DNA of 64,000 nucleotides, taken from the NCBI GenBank assembly GCA_050951805.1, contig JBMNJT010000001.1, positions 1 to 64,000 on the forward strand, given 5' to 3'. This document shows positions 1 through 10,389 of this stretch, in pieces. Under the pieces are notes generated by a model. It was not told the DNA's origin, did not search any database, and was given only the letters and a program-made list of their open reading frames with translations. Positions within the stretch are counted from its first letter, which is position 1; each line of letters starts with the position of its first letter. The stretch comes from Bacillota bacterium. GTDB taxonomy: Bacteria > Bacillota > DTU025. Both the position numbers and the translations under genes were made by a program.

Positions 1-789
1 AACCGAAAGACCGATGAAAACGTCCGCGCCCGCGATCACGTCTGCCAGCTTCCCTGACAACTTGCCAGGGTTGGTTACTGCAGCTATTTCTTCCTTATAA
101 GGGTTCATGCCATATGTCCTGCCTTCGAAGATGGCGCCCTTGGAGTCGCACAACACGACATCCCTCACGCCCAGCGCCATAAGGAGCTTCGTAACAGCAA
201 TTCCAGCCGCTCCAGCACCGTTCACTATGACTCGAACATCAGATGCGTTCTTCGACACAATCTTCAGCGCGTTGATCATGGCAGCACATGTTATTATAGC
301 CGTGCCATGCTGATCATCGTGGAAGACCGGGATGTCAAGTGCCGCTTTCAACTTGTCCTCAACCTCAAAGCACGTCGGGGCCGAGATATCCTCCAAGTTG
401 ATGCCTCCAAAGGTGGGCTCGAGGCATTTCACAACATTCACAATCTCGTCGGGGTCCTTTGTATCAAGACATATGGGGAATGCATCTACGCCTGCAAAAG
501 ACTTGAATAAAACTGCTTTGCCTTCCATGACGGGCATGCCGGCTGCCGGACCGATATCGCCCAATCCCAACACGGCTGTGCCGTTCGTGACTACTGCTAC
601 CATGTTGCCTTTGTTCGTGTAATCGTAGACCTTGTCGGGCTCGGCATGGATCTCCTTACACGGCTCCGCCACACCGGGAGTGTAGGCGAGACTGAGGTCC
701 TCTTTGGTGCGCAAAGGCGTCTTGCTGACTACCTCTATCTTTCCCCTGTTGGCTCTGTGAAGCTCCAGTGCTTGCTCTCTCAATGTCAA
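1..789 (-). CDS. NAD(P)-dependent malic enzyme (3' end runs off the window)
   Basis: Not in the ORF track; read manually. TTG start at 789 after an AAGGAGG RBS gives MTLREQALELHRANRGKIEV...DLSLAYTPGVAEPC...VVTNGTAVLGLGDIGPAAGMPVMEGKAVLFK, the hallmark malic enzyme motifs. Confidence 0.93.
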   Translation of the reverse strand, partial: MTLREQALELHRANRGKIEVVSKTPLRTKEDLSLAYTPGVAEPCKEIHAEPDKVYDYTNKGNMVAVVTNGTAVLGLGDIGPAAGMPVMEGKAVLFKSFAGVDAFPICLDTKDPDEIVNVVKCLEPTFGGINLEDISAPTCFEVEDKLKAALDIPVFHDDQHGTAIITCAAMINALKIVSKNASDVRVIVNGAGAAGIAVTKLLMALGVRDVVLCDSKGAIFEGRTYGMNPYKEEIAAVTNPGKLSGKLADVIAGADVFIGLSV

Positions 790-1012
790 GTGGGTAATCC
801 TCCTTTGCTGTGTCCTCGCTTCCAGTCTAGCATGTATACGACTGGTCGTCAGTACATCGCGCCTAACGTCTTTCTGCAACATCTGCTGCGAATCCTTCGT
901 AAGTGCACACAGCCCGGAAGAAGGAATCGCCTGGTGCCTCAAGCCGCATTACAGCGCTTGCCGCGTCCTGGCTCCCCACTTCCGGGCCGTAGTAGTTCTC
1001 AAGTTCGGCACA

Positions 1013-1657
1013 TTACTTAATGACTCTATCCCAGTCTTGCGCAAAACCTACTATGCTCTTGTCAGTAACAGGGTGCTGGATAAGCTTGGGCAAGACCTTG
1101 TAGGGGCAAGCAGCCCAATGCGCGCCGGCTTCTGTTGCTTCGATGTAGTGAGACACGCCCCTGATGCTTGCGGCGACGATTTCCGTCTTGTAACCGCCAT
1201 TTTTGGCCATGTTTGCAGCTGATCGCACAACGCCCACACCATCTCCGCCCACATCGTCCGCCCTTCCCATGTAGATGGAGATAAAGTCCGCTCCCGCTTG
1301 AATAGCAAAGAAGGATTGGGGAATCGACACTATCCCGGTCAGGTTGACCTTAAGTCCGCGGTCCTGCAGCACCTGCATCGCAGCCAATGACTCCTGGGAG
1401 ATGCACATCTTAACGATCAAACGATCACCCAAAACACTAGCAAACTCCTCAGCTTGCGCAATGATGCCGTCACGCTTGTCCTCGGTAATCTGCAAATGGA
1501 AGGGACCTTCAATGATCTTAGCAGCATCGCTCACCGCTTCTTTCCACGGTTTCCTCACTTCGGCCACTATGGTAGGGTTCGTGATTATGCCATGAACTCC
1601 GTAGTCCTTTGCTCCGATTAGGTCCTTCTCATCTATGCTAGCTATCAATATCTTCAA
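1013..1657 (-). CDS. Transaldolase / fructose-6-phosphate aldolase family protein
   Basis: 214 aa; GIITNPT, Schiff-base VK motif, VNLT, GADFISIYMGR, AASIR, HPVTDKSIVGFAQDW. Confidence 0.88.
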   Translation of the reverse strand: MKILIASIDEKDLIGAKDYGVHGIITNPTIVAEVRKPWKEAVSDAAKIIEGPFHLQITEDKRDGIIAQAEEFASVLGDRLIVKMCISQESLAAMQVLQDRGLKVNLTGIVSIPQSFFAIQAGADFISIYMGRADDVGGDGVGVVRSAANMAKNGGYKTEIVAASIRGVSHYIEATEAGAHWAACPYKVLPKLIQHPVTDKSIVGFAQDWDRVIK

Positions 1658-1761
1658 TGTAGTAGTCTCCCTTCAGCTGCCATGATACACTCACACTTCA
1701 CAATGCATTCCATCATTCTCTGGTTCTTGATGGACAGTGCTGCCTTGCGCCTACCAAAACC

Positions 1762-2754
1762 CTATAGTGCTCCATCTGCCGAGTCCACCAGCGTTCTGGC
1801 GGTTATCTCATCTGTTACAAGCATGTTAGCGAAGCCTCCACGGAGCGCCCCGGCAATCCCGGGAATCTTTTTCGGACCGCCCGCCACCAGTATGCAGCTC
1901 TCCTTTTGGGTCAACTCGTCAAGTTCAAGCCCAATAGTCCTGTCATTGAGGGACTCATCGCAAACGGATCCATCTGCAGTAAAGAACCTGGAGCAAATGT
2001 CTCCGACAGCGCCCTTGGATAACAGGACGTCGATATCTTCCGCGGAAAGATAGCCCGCCTGAGCCAAGATACAAGACTTGCTTGGCCTCCCTACAGAGAA
2101 GATAGCAACATTTGCTTGTCTACCCTTCTCAAGAATTCTTCTGAGATTAGGGTCGCGGGCTAGGGCGTCTCTGAGTTCCCTGCTTTCAACAATTGTTGGA
2201 GCAGATAAGAAGTACGGCGGCGCATCAAATGCAGCAGCAACTTTGGCCACTATCTCATTTCCGTGGATTAGTGCCTCGCCCTTCCCAGAAAGCGCACCCT
2301 CCAGCTGCACAATCTTGACGTTTTCGCGTTTTATGGGCAAAGGTTTGAGCGCTCTGGCCATCTCCAGCATGGTCGTGCCCCCGGTCACCCCGATCACGTC
2401 TCCATCTCGGATTATCTCCTTTAGGAGACGTGCAGCAGCCTGCCCGAGGTGCCATCTAAGAGGCTTGGGGCTTGATTCAGAGATTGGGCATACCACTACT
2501 CTCTTCAGACCGTACATGGATTCCAATTCCCTACTGAGCCCATGTTCCTCCTGGAATTCATCGACGATAGTCACCTGAACAATGCCGACTTCCCGGGCCC
2601 GAGTCAGCAGCCTTGAGATGCGGCTCCGGGACAGGCCAACTCGTTCCGCGATCTCCTGCTGGTTAAGGTCATGTTCATAGTACATCCTCGCTACCCGAAC
2701 CAAAAGTTCGTGCTCACTGCTGGGATTCTGTTCAATTTCCACGACGTTTCTCAC
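1762..2754 (-). CDS. SorC/DeoR(Bacillus)/LsrR-type sugar-binding transcriptional regulator
   Basis: VARMYYEHDLNQQEIAERVGLSRSRISRLL helix-turn-helix; GVTGGTT, GAVGDIC and ALRGGFANMLVTDE sugar-binding motifs. Confidence 0.92.
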   Translation of the reverse strand: MRNVVEIEQNPSSEHELLVRVARMYYEHDLNQQEIAERVGLSRSRISRLLTRAREVGIVQVTIVDEFQEEHGLSRELESMYGLKRVVVCPISESSPKPLRWHLGQAAARLLKEIIRDGDVIGVTGGTTMLEMARALKPLPIKRENVKIVQLEGALSGKGEALIHGNEIVAKVAAAFDAPPYFLSAPTIVESRELRDALARDPNLRRILEKGRQANVAIFSVGRPSKSCILAQAGYLSAEDIDVLLSKGAVGDICSRFFTADGSVCDESLNDRTIGLELDELTQKESCILVAGGPKKIPGIAGALRGGFANMLVTDEITARTLVDSADGAL

Positions 2755-3004
2755 TTCCCAATGGCATAACCAATTCTAACAAGTTATCTGTCAACCGAGA
2801 CAGACACGCGCATGCTGGCACATCTATGATCGCCTATGCACATTCTTGCACTCCAGAGGCCTTTTCTCCATTGCACAAGAAACTCCTTCAGCCGCAAGGT
2901 GTTAACCTTGGGAAGCAATGCAGACCCGTTGACAGTGCTCACATCCTCCTTCGGAAGCACGCAAACAACCCGGTACGCGACTGATTCTGTCACTACAGCC
3001 AGGA

Positions 3005-3316
3005 CTAATCCCGGACCTTGCGACCGACAAAATGTCTTTGAGCGTTGTACATGTTTATGTCGCCGATTTCAGAGAGTTCTTCCATTACTTCCTCCAAAAG
3101 CTCCAGGTTGGGAACCTCCCAGAAGGTGAAATACTTCCACTCTGTGGACCAACAACAGTCATACACCCCGTGCATCTTGACGCCCTTTTCCCGTGCACGG
3201 CTGAAGATGTCCTCTACTTTTCTGTCGAATTCTCGCTTTTCATCCTCCGATGCACTGTACCACGTGTCGGTCGCTTTCCATGCCGCAAAAAATCCCAATG
3301 GTTTCTCTTCTGCCAT
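3005..3316 (-). CDS. Small dimeric alpha/beta-barrel-like protein (chlorite dismutase / darcynin-like), function unknown
   Basis: ATG at 3316 with a GGAG RBS (the ORF track starts at 3352). WKATDTWYSASEDEKREF...FWEVPNLE resembles the 'W.L..EER' ferredoxin-like barrel families. Lies inside the operon. Confidence 0.6.
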   Translation of the reverse strand: MAEEKPLGFFAAWKATDTWYSASEDEKREFDRKVEDIFSRAREKGVKMHGVYDCCWSTEWKYFTFWEVPNLELLEEVMEELSEIGDINMYNAQRHFVGRKVRD

Positions 3317-3357
3317 TACGGTCAACTCCAGTTCAAACGGGCTAAGCCACACCCAGT

Positions 3358-3855
3358 TTAATTTTCATATTCGAGCTCGACCTTTTCGTCCAGTTCCTTC
3401 ATGATAATATTGTCAGGCGCGGTTTTGTGTTTGAACACAACGAAGAACGGGCCTTCATCCTCAACCGGATAGGGCGACAGATGCCACACACCCTTATCGT
3501 AAAACACCGCCTGCCCTACTTTGACCAAGAAGCCTCTTACATTGCGCGCCAAGGGCTGAGCATCCTTGTTTGCCCTGTCGTCTTCTGACGCTACAGGAAT
3601 TATTAGGTCGCTCTTGATCGGAACGAGCAACTCATAGGTTGTGTTGTGCCGTTCCAAGCCTTCCACAATGAGTGGACGCTTCTTGCATACTCCATGCGCT
3701 ATTTCGAGGGTTTCGTGATCAAGCTCCCATTTGACCAAACCGGGCCAGAGGTCCTCGACGGCCGACACTTTTTTTGCGCCTTCAGGCATTTCCACGACTT
3801 GTCCGTAGGGAGCAAAAGCTTCCTTCGTTAGTTCCTCGACTTTGACTTTATGCAT
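3358..3855 (-). CDS. Ureidoglycolate lyase (AllA-like) cupin
   Basis: LTKEAFAPYGQV, LERH, GQAVFYDKGVWHLSP motifs. Confidence 0.8.
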   Translation of the reverse strand: MHKVKVEELTKEAFAPYGQVVEMPEGAKKVSAVEDLWPGLVKWELDHETLEIAHGVCKKRPLIVEGLERHNTTYELLVPIKSDLIIPVASEDDRANKDAQPLARNVRGFLVKVGQAVFYDKGVWHLSPYPVEDEGPFFVVFKHKTAPDNIIMKELDEKVELEYEN

Positions 3856-3899
3856 GACTTCTTCAACTCCAATACCGTCAGTTGCAGCCTCTTTTGCGG

Positions 3900-3938
3900 G
3901 GTTGCATGGCGGAACTGAACCTGTTCCGCCATGCGACC
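3900..3938 (-). terminator. Stem-loop downstream of the solute-binding protein gene
   Basis: GGTTGCATGGCGGAAC-N7-GTTCCGCCATGCGACC; 16 bp arms with one non-matching pair; no U-tract. Confidence 0.6.
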
Positions 3939-3959
3939 TTCACTCGTGTCGGAACGCTC

Positions 3960-4916
3960 TTATTTCGCTGGGTACAACACCTTCTGAATCTCAGGCCTAT
4001 TCATGTTTTCCTTGGTAACTACGGTAATCGGAACATAAACATCCTTGGGCACCTTCTTGCCCTGCTTCGCTGCGATAATATATTCAACACCCTTGTAGCC
4101 CATTTCAAACGGCTGCTGCACTACGAGTCCGGCTATCTCGCCCTTCTTCAGAGCTTCGATCTCCTCCGGGCTTGCATCGTATGCAACAACCTTTACCTTG
4201 CCAGCAAGTCCCCTATTCCTCAGCGCCTGAATACAGCCGATTGCGGCGCGGTCAAATGCTGCAAATACGCCCTTAATGTCGGGGTTGGCGTTGAGTATCC
4301 TCTCCATGTTTGCCATTGCCACTGCCTGGTCTTCTCCACGCTGGATCTCAAGAAGTTGGACCTTGGGATACTTCTTTGCCACTTCTACCGCTGCTTCACC
4401 GCGTATGTCGTTGCTAGGGACGCCTGCAGGGCAGTTGAGTATCACTACCTTGCCTTCGCCGCCTATCTCCTTCATTAGCAATTCCATTGCGATGCGGCCG
4501 CCTTCTCTGTTGTCTGTTCCGACGTAGCTCGTTTTTCCGTCCCAGTTGAGATTGGCGTCAATGCTGACCAGAGGAATTCCAGCCTTCATCGCCTGCTTTG
4601 CCGGTGCAACCAGAGCATCTGAATCGAGGGGCGTCAACAGGATGCCATCCACTCTTCTGATTATCAGGTTTTCTACGGCAGAAATCTGCTCTGCAACGTC
4701 GTTAGTGCTTTTCGGGCCCGTGTAAATGAGTTTGCCCCCAACTTTGGCAAGAGCAGCCTCTGCGCCCGCCTTAACGCCAAGCCAGTACTCGCTCGACGTA
4801 GACATGACGACCAGCCCAATTACTAACTCCTTTTCCTTGGCGGCACAAATCCCAATAGGACAAGTTATCGCGAATACTAGAACCAGTGCTAATGCCGACA
4901 ACAGTGTTCGTTTCAT
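3960..4916 (-). CDS. Monosaccharide ABC transporter solute-binding protein (RbsB-like)
   Basis: Signal peptide; VGTDNREGGR, VKVVAYDAS, QQPFEMGY. Confidence 0.92.
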   Translation of the reverse strand: MKRTLLSALALVLVFAITCPIGICAAKEKELVIGLVVMSTSSEYWLGVKAGAEAALAKVGGKLIYTGPKSTNDVAEQISAVENLIIRRVDGILLTPLDSDALVAPAKQAMKAGIPLVSIDANLNWDGKTSYVGTDNREGGRIAMELLMKEIGGEGKVVILNCPAGVPSNDIRGEAAVEVAKKYPKVQLLEIQRGEDQAVAMANMERILNANPDIKGVFAAFDRAAIGCIQALRNRGLAGKVKVVAYDASPEEIEALKKGEIAGLVVQQPFEMGYKGVEYIIAAKQGKKVPKDVYVPITVVTKENMNRPEIQKVLYPAK

Positions 4917-5012
4917 CGTTTCCTCTCCTATCGTTTGATGTTGGCGAATTCGAGCTCGTCGTTGCCTGTAGATGTCATCATTTTGGGGAGCAATACCGGT
5001 CGCCCGGTCCCA

Positions 5013-5975
5013 TCACCTCCGCTCTCTCAGCTTCGTCTGCTGCAATAGATCGAGATACACCGCCATGATCACAACAAACCCAATGGCTATCTCCTGATAG
5101 AATGAACTCAACCCTAGCAGCACAAATCCGTTGTCCAGCACACCCATGATGAGCGCCCCTATCATGGTGCCGAATATGTTGCCGACGCCTCCGGTAAGGC
5201 TCGTGCCCCCAATAACAGCGGCTGCCACCGAGTTCATGTTGTAATCCGCACCGGCCGTGGGGTGCGCAAGTCCAAGTCTGCCCATGAGTACGATGCCCGC
5301 CAGTCCGGCCAAAAGCCCAGACACGAGGTATACCATCCTCACAGTCCGTCCCGTATCTATTCCCGATAGCCTCGTGGCCTCCATATTGCTTCCAACCGCA
5401 TAGGTATACCTTCCAAAAAGCGTATGATTGAGAACCCAGTTGAAGATTATCGCCGCGACAATGAATATCAGAACCGGAACAGGAAGACCGACGATCTCTC
5501 CCCGTCCAAACCAGGAGAGCGCTTCCGGCAGCCTCGAAATCGGCGTTCCGTTAGTCATGACTAGCGCGATTCCCCTGGCAATCGACATAGTTCCCAACGT
5601 CACGATGAACGGAGGCACCCTCATTTTCGTTATGGCCAGACCATTAACATATCCAAAAGCAGCGCTAAACGCCAATGCTGTAACAAGACAGATCCAAAGC
5701 GGAACGCCGGAAGTCATCATGGACGCCGTCAGGATATTTGACAAGGCCAAGTTAGCGCCGACTGATAGGTCTATCCCTCCGGTAATGATGACAAAAGTCT
5801 GCCCTATCGCAATAATGGCAATAACTGCGGTCTGTATAGCGATTGTCTTCAAGTTCAATGCCGTCAGGAAATAAGGACTGATTATAGTCAGGACGATCAT
5901 GCATAGCGCAAGGATTGCCAGAGCTCCATATTTTTCTATGAATGTTTTGTAGTCGAAACCCTGTGTCTTCTCCAT
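5013..5975 (-). CDS. Monosaccharide ABC transporter permease (RbsC-like)
   Basis: GGIDLSVG, PPFIVTLG, AAAVIGGTSLTGG. ATG at 5975 has a GGAGG RBS (alternative start 6005). Confidence 0.93.
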   Translation of the reverse strand: MEKTQGFDYKTFIEKYGALAILALCMIVLTIISPYFLTALNLKTIAIQTAVIAIIAIGQTFVIITGGIDLSVGANLALSNILTASMMTSGVPLWICLVTALAFSAAFGYVNGLAITKMRVPPFIVTLGTMSIARGIALVMTNGTPISRLPEALSWFGRGEIVGLPVPVLIFIVAAIIFNWVLNHTLFGRYTYAVGSNMEATRLSGIDTGRTVRMVYLVSGLLAGLAGIVLMGRLGLAHPTAGADYNMNSVAAAVIGGTSLTGGVGNIFGTMIGALIMGVLDNGFVLLGLSSFYQEIAIGFVVIMAVYLDLLQQTKLRERR

Positions 5976-6047
5976 TCTCTCATCAGCCTCCAAAGGACTA
6001 TTCAACGAGCATTCTCACAGCTAATGCCGAAGTCAGTTTCTTCATCG

Positions 6048-7535
6048 CTATCCTAAAGTCGCCAGTTTCATGATCTTCTCCTGAGTCGCCTCTTCGCGGT
6101 CGAGTATTCCCGTCAATCTGCCCTCGCGCATCACAGCAATCCTATCGCTCATTGCCAACACTTCCGGCAGATCCGACGAGACCATGATGATCGCCTTCCC
6201 CTGCCCCGCCAGTTCATTGATGAACTCATATATCTCCACCTTGGATCCAACATCAATGCCACGGGTGGGCTCGTCCAAGATGATTATCTTGGCATCACGA
6301 CAAAACCACCTGGCCAAAAGGACCTTTTGCTGGTTTCCGCCACTCAGTGATCGAGTGACAGTATCTATTGAAGGCGCTTTGATGTTGAACATGGAGAAAA
6401 GCTCTTCGGATCTACTTCTTTCTGCCTGATGGTCAATGACTGAATTTCTGGAGAACTGATCCATAGATGCGAGGGTGATGTTCTGATAGATGGGAAAACT
6501 GAGGATTGCGCCCAGGTTCTTTCGGTCTTCAGTGAGAAAGGCTATTCCATTCTGAACAGCCAGTTTCGGCGAACTGACCTTTGCTTCCTTGCCATCGACA
6601 TACACACGTCCCGAAACATCTCCGTCAGCCCCATAAATCGCCCGCATGAGCTCGGTCCTTCCTGAGCCGATCAATCCGGAGAAGCCCAAGACTTCTCCCT
6701 CATGAACTGAGAATGATATGTCATGCAGCACGTTCTTCCTGCTCAAGTTCTCTACCCTAAGGGCCTCCTTGCCCTTCTTTGCAACGCATTTCGGGAAGAA
6801 CTGTGTGATCTCTCTCCCAACCATCATCTGTATGAGATCATCTGTATCAGCTTCTTTGATGTCCCGAGTTCCTATATATTGCCCATCCCTGAGAACGGTG
6901 ACTCTATCGCCGATCTCCTTCACTTCATTAAGCCTGTGAGAGATGTATATTATCGAAACATTTTCCTCGCTGAGAAGCCGTATCTGCCTGAACAGCTCAC
7001 CAATTTCCTTTTCGGTCAGCGACGCTGTCGGCTCATCCATGATAATGATCCTCGAATCCGCCGATATCGCGCGAGCAATCTCCACCATCTGCTTTTGCGC
7101 TGTAGTAAGTCTCCGCGCCTTTTGCGTGGGTGATATGTTCGCATTCAGCTTTTTCAATGCCTTGGCGGCTTCAGAGTTCATCTTCTCCCAGTCGATATGT
7201 TTAGGCCAGCCCTTGAGGTGTTCCCGGTTTATGAAGATATTCTCGGCCACCGTAAGATCTGGGATCATGTTGAGCTCCTGGTATATCATGCTTATTCCCA
7301 GTTTGGAAGCATCGTTAGTGGATGAGTAATCCACCTTTTGTCCACCCAATATTATCTCGCCCGCATCCTTCCGATAGACTCCCGCGAGGATCTTGACAAG
7401 AGTGGACTTTCCAGCTCCGTTTTCGCCCAAAAGCACGTGCACCTCTCCTGGTTTCACCTTTAAGGTCACATCTGATAGGGCTTGGACACCAGGGAATCTC
7501 TTGTCTATGTGGTTCATCTCTAACATGTATTCCAT
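6048..7535 (-). CDS. Monosaccharide ABC transporter ATPase (RbsA/MglA-like, tandem NBD)
   Basis: [33 protein letters not shown]. Confidence 0.95.
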   Translation of the reverse strand: MEYMLEMNHIDKRFPGVQALSDVTLKVKPGEVHVLLGENGAGKSTLVKILAGVYRKDAGEIILGGQKVDYSSTNDASKLGISMIYQELNMIPDLTVAENIFINREHLKGWPKHIDWEKMNSEAAKALKKLNANISPTQKARRLTTAQKQMVEIARAISADSRIIIMDEPTASLTEKEIGELFRQIRLLSEENVSIIYISHRLNEVKEIGDRVTVLRDGQYIGTRDIKEADTDDLIQMMVGREITQFFPKCVAKKGKEALRVENLSRKNVLHDISFSVHEGEVLGFSGLIGSGRTELMRAIYGADGDVSGRVYVDGKEAKVSSPKLAVQNGIAFLTEDRKNLGAILSFPIYQNITLASMDQFSRNSVIDHQAERSRSEELFSMFNIKAPSIDTVTRSLSGGNQQKVLLARWFCRDAKIIILDEPTRGIDVGSKVEIYEFINELAGQGKAIIMVSSDLPEVLAMSDRIAVMREGRLTGILDREEATQEKIMKLATLG

Positions 7536-7636
7536 TTACTTTCCCTCGTTTTTCGGTTTGGTGACAAGACATTTGCTGAATATGGAGATCTTCATCTCGT
7601 GCACCCATCCCTCAAAATGATCGTGGCCCATATTGA

Positions 7637-8479
7637 TCAACGAAACTTGCTTACTTTATCGACCAATTCCTTGACGCGATCCACCTGAACACGGCCCCAC
7701 CAAACACCGTTCTCCTTCAGGCTAGTACCGACGATAGCACCGTCTACGAGCGGCATAATGTCCTCGGCATTCTCCACACAAAGACCGCTTCCTGTTATCA
7801 CAGGAAGGCTGGTTCCCGCCCGAACCGCTTCGATCTTCTCGAGAGGCGCAGCCGATCCAGTTTTGGTACCTGTAACGATGATCACGTCAGCGTCGTAGTA
7901 TTCCGCGTCCCAGGCCTGGTCCGAAATGGAGCGATCTGCAACCAACGCATGCGCGCCATGCTTCACATTCACATCTGCAAGTATCTTGACGTTCTCTGCG
8001 CCGATATTCTTTCTATAGCGGAGGATGTTCCCACTGTCCCCTTCGATTATCCCAGAGTTGGACACATAAGCATTTACCCACTCATTGACGCGGATGAACG
8101 CCGCTCCGGAAGCTTTTGCTACGGCCATAGCCGGTATGGCAGCGTTCCAATTGAGAATGACCCCGAAAGGTATCTCTATTGCATCACGCACAGCACAAGC
8201 TACTGCAGTCATCGTTGCTACGGTCTCAAACCCAACATCTCCGGGAGCCAAGAAAGGGTAATCTCCCGAATTCTCAAGGATTATCCCGTCGATCCCTCCT
8301 TCTTCGTATGCTAGCGCTTCCTCTACAGCATGGTTGATTGCAACCGCGAGATCTTCACCTTTGTATCTAGGAGAACCGGGAAAAGGTAAACAATGAATAG
8401 TGCCTATCAATGGTTTGGGACGCTCAAATATCTCTGATAGTGCATTAGCCTTTGGCGGCACAGCGCTCATGCGGACCAC
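7637..8479 (-). CDS. BtpA/SgcQ family TIM-barrel protein
   Basis: LIGTIHCLPFPGSP, ENSGDYPF, ADVNVKH, VTGTKTG, DGAIVGTSLK. Confidence 0.9.
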   Translation of the reverse strand: MVRMSAVPPKANALSEIFERPKPLIGTIHCLPFPGSPRYKGEDLAVAINHAVEEALAYEEGGIDGIILENSGDYPFLAPGDVGFETVATMTAVACAVRDAIEIPFGVILNWNAAIPAMAVAKASGAAFIRVNEWVNAYVSNSGIIEGDSGNILRYRKNIGAENVKILADVNVKHGAHALVADRSISDQAWDAEYYDADVIIVTGTKTGSAAPLEKIEAVRAGTSLPVITGSGLCVENAEDIMPLVDGAIVGTSLKENGVWWGRVQVDRVKELVDKVSKFR

Positions 8480-8499
8480 ATACCTTTCATCGATCAGTG

Positions 8500-9417
8500 T
8501 TATCTGTTACATGTTTTGCTATCAAAAAAGGACCTTGTGACGGCCTCTGTCGGCAATCCTGTTCTCGCCCCTACATGTTGAATCGACAGTGCTGCTGCGG
8601 CATTTGCATAATTGACAGCCTTCACAAGGTCCCAACCTTTAACTAAACCCGACAAAAATACTGCATTGAAGCAATCCCCGGCACCTGTGGTGTCAACTAC
8701 CGGTACCTTGAAGGCAGGGACATGAAGATGGTCATCCCCTGAAAAAACATCTACCCCGTCTGCGCCACTTGTTATGACCACAATTTGAGGGCCATAGTCC
8801 AGCAAGGTCTTAGCGCCCTTACAGATGTCCTCGCATCTGACTAAAGCCTTCAACCCTGCTTCGTTCAGAGAAACGATATGCAGTTTCCTCAGGACATCTT
8901 CCCAAAAATCCAACCCACCACTATCGGCAGTAGGTTCAATATCGATGGATACTCTCACGTCATTGTTTACGCTTGATGCGACGAATTTGGCAAGCTCAAG
9001 ATCGAGGGAAGTCAAGTGCACATAGCGTGCATTGTTGAGGTAGTCCACATCGACATCCTCAATAGAGGGGACAAGCAGTGGGGTTTCAACAACAACCAAC
9101 GCTTTCTCCCCTGTTGAGTCCAACTGGATAACGCCGAAATATGTAGGCTCACCTTCCTTGACTACTAGTCCGCCCTGATCCACACCAAATTCCGCCAGAC
9201 CGCGGATGGCAATACGGCCAAAGTCGTCGTCACCAACTGTTGTGACTATCCCGGTCTTGGCTCCAAACCTAGAAGCCGCACAGCAGAAATTGGCGATTAT
9301 GCCGCCGGGATATTTGCCCAGCAATTCGCCCCTTACCTTTTCATCATGCCCAGGCAAGTGGTCTACCTTGATAATCAAATCGACACTTGCATCGCCGACA
9401 CCAATGATATCCAACAT
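8500..9417 (-). CDS. PfkB-family carbohydrate kinase
   Basis: GGIIANF, VGDDDFG, DTTGAGDCF. Confidence 0.92.
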   Translation of the reverse strand: MLDIIGVGDASVDLIIKVDHLPGHDEKVRGELLGKYPGGIIANFCCAASRFGAKTGIVTTVGDDDFGRIAIRGLAEFGVDQGGLVVKEGEPTYFGVIQLDSTGEKALVVVETPLLVPSIEDVDVDYLNNARYVHLTSLDLELAKFVASSVNNDVRVSIDIEPTADSGGLDFWEDVLRKLHIVSLNEAGLKALVRCEDICKGAKTLLDYGPQIVVITSGADGVDVFSGDDHLHVPAFKVPVVDTTGAGDCFNAVFLSGLVKGWDLVKAVNYANAAAALSIQHVGARTGLPTEAVTRSFFDSKTCNR

Positions 9418-9484
9418 TTTGTGCCCCTCTTGATAAGTATTTGTAGTTGCGCTTCATTTGCACCTTCGTGCGGTTCTAGTTCTT

Positions 9485-9516
9485 GGCGCACATTTGTGCC
9501 CATAGGCGCACATTTG
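9485..9516. promoter_or_regulatory. Candidate SorC-family operator: two direct repeats GGCGCACATTTG
   Basis: Exact 12-mer at 9485 and 9505 (20 bp period), 68-99 bp upstream of the first gene of the operon that ends in the SorC regulator. The first copy overlaps the near-palindrome GCACATTTGTGC. Confidence 0.6.
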
Positions 9517-10389
9517 ATTCTTGCTAGATTGTTTCGCCACGAACCGCAATACTCCTTCTCCGTTTCAAAAAGATTCTTTGTTTGTTGTACAAGAAAGCGG
9601 AGCTTTTTGTGGCGAAAATCCTTGGGCAACGTTGAATTTAGGACCATGCCCGGGGCTTACGGACAGTTTTGGAAGAGGTTGAATATGATTTGCGGGGGGT
9701 ATCGAGGTGGCTGACTGAGCAAGCAAAGTGAGTGTTGACAAGCGTGCGTTATGTAAAACGTGCTTCTGCGCTATTCAAGAATCGTAGTCTTTTACCCATG
9801 CAATTATGTTTATATTATATGCCTCTAGCTTCGAAAAGTATCTGAGCATTCTTAAGCGGCCAAAGTCTTAATCTCAGACAAAAGCACTCATCAGCGCATC
9901 TATCAAACCATAGAGCCTGTTAGCTGTGGCTGCAGCCTTCAAAAGCCGCCATCGCGACACTGATACCACGTGCTTCGTATCTCGCAATCTACTGCCGAAC
10001 AATGTTCTCATAGGATGAACATTCGGGCTGTCTTGGCGATACAGTAGCCTTGGCTCGAAAGCAGAACCTCCGGAGTGGTCGGCGGTGAGCAGCTCCCATC
10101 ATTGGCTTGTGGCGATTTCAAGGCCAGGAGGCTATAGGCCTTTCTCGCCGGTTACAGATCGGGTTGTCTTCAATGTATATTACCTGCTCAAGGCGACCTA
10201 GATCCGTGATCCCGGGATCGATCAGCTCTGCGCCGAGCCTCTGCTCGGTCGAGGCACGGCGTACGCTGTGGCGCCTGCAGCTGCTTGAGCATTCATGGCA
10301 GCTAGGAACTGAAATGCCAATCCTCATCCACAGCATGAGTGTAATCTCATAACACCGTTGTCAGGCTATGTGCGCAAGTTCATCGCCCC

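Noticed and set aside
107-1020. Short plus-strand ORFs at the window start
   Set aside because: They are antisense to the malic enzyme gene, which the ORF track missed because it runs off the edge.
9650-10389. Long intergenic stretch with small ORFs (10107-10352, 10118-10336) and a 7 bp inverted repeat near 10001-10023
   Set aside because: No recognisable protein or RNA motif and no clear RBS. A gene remnant or sRNA cannot be excluded without a search.
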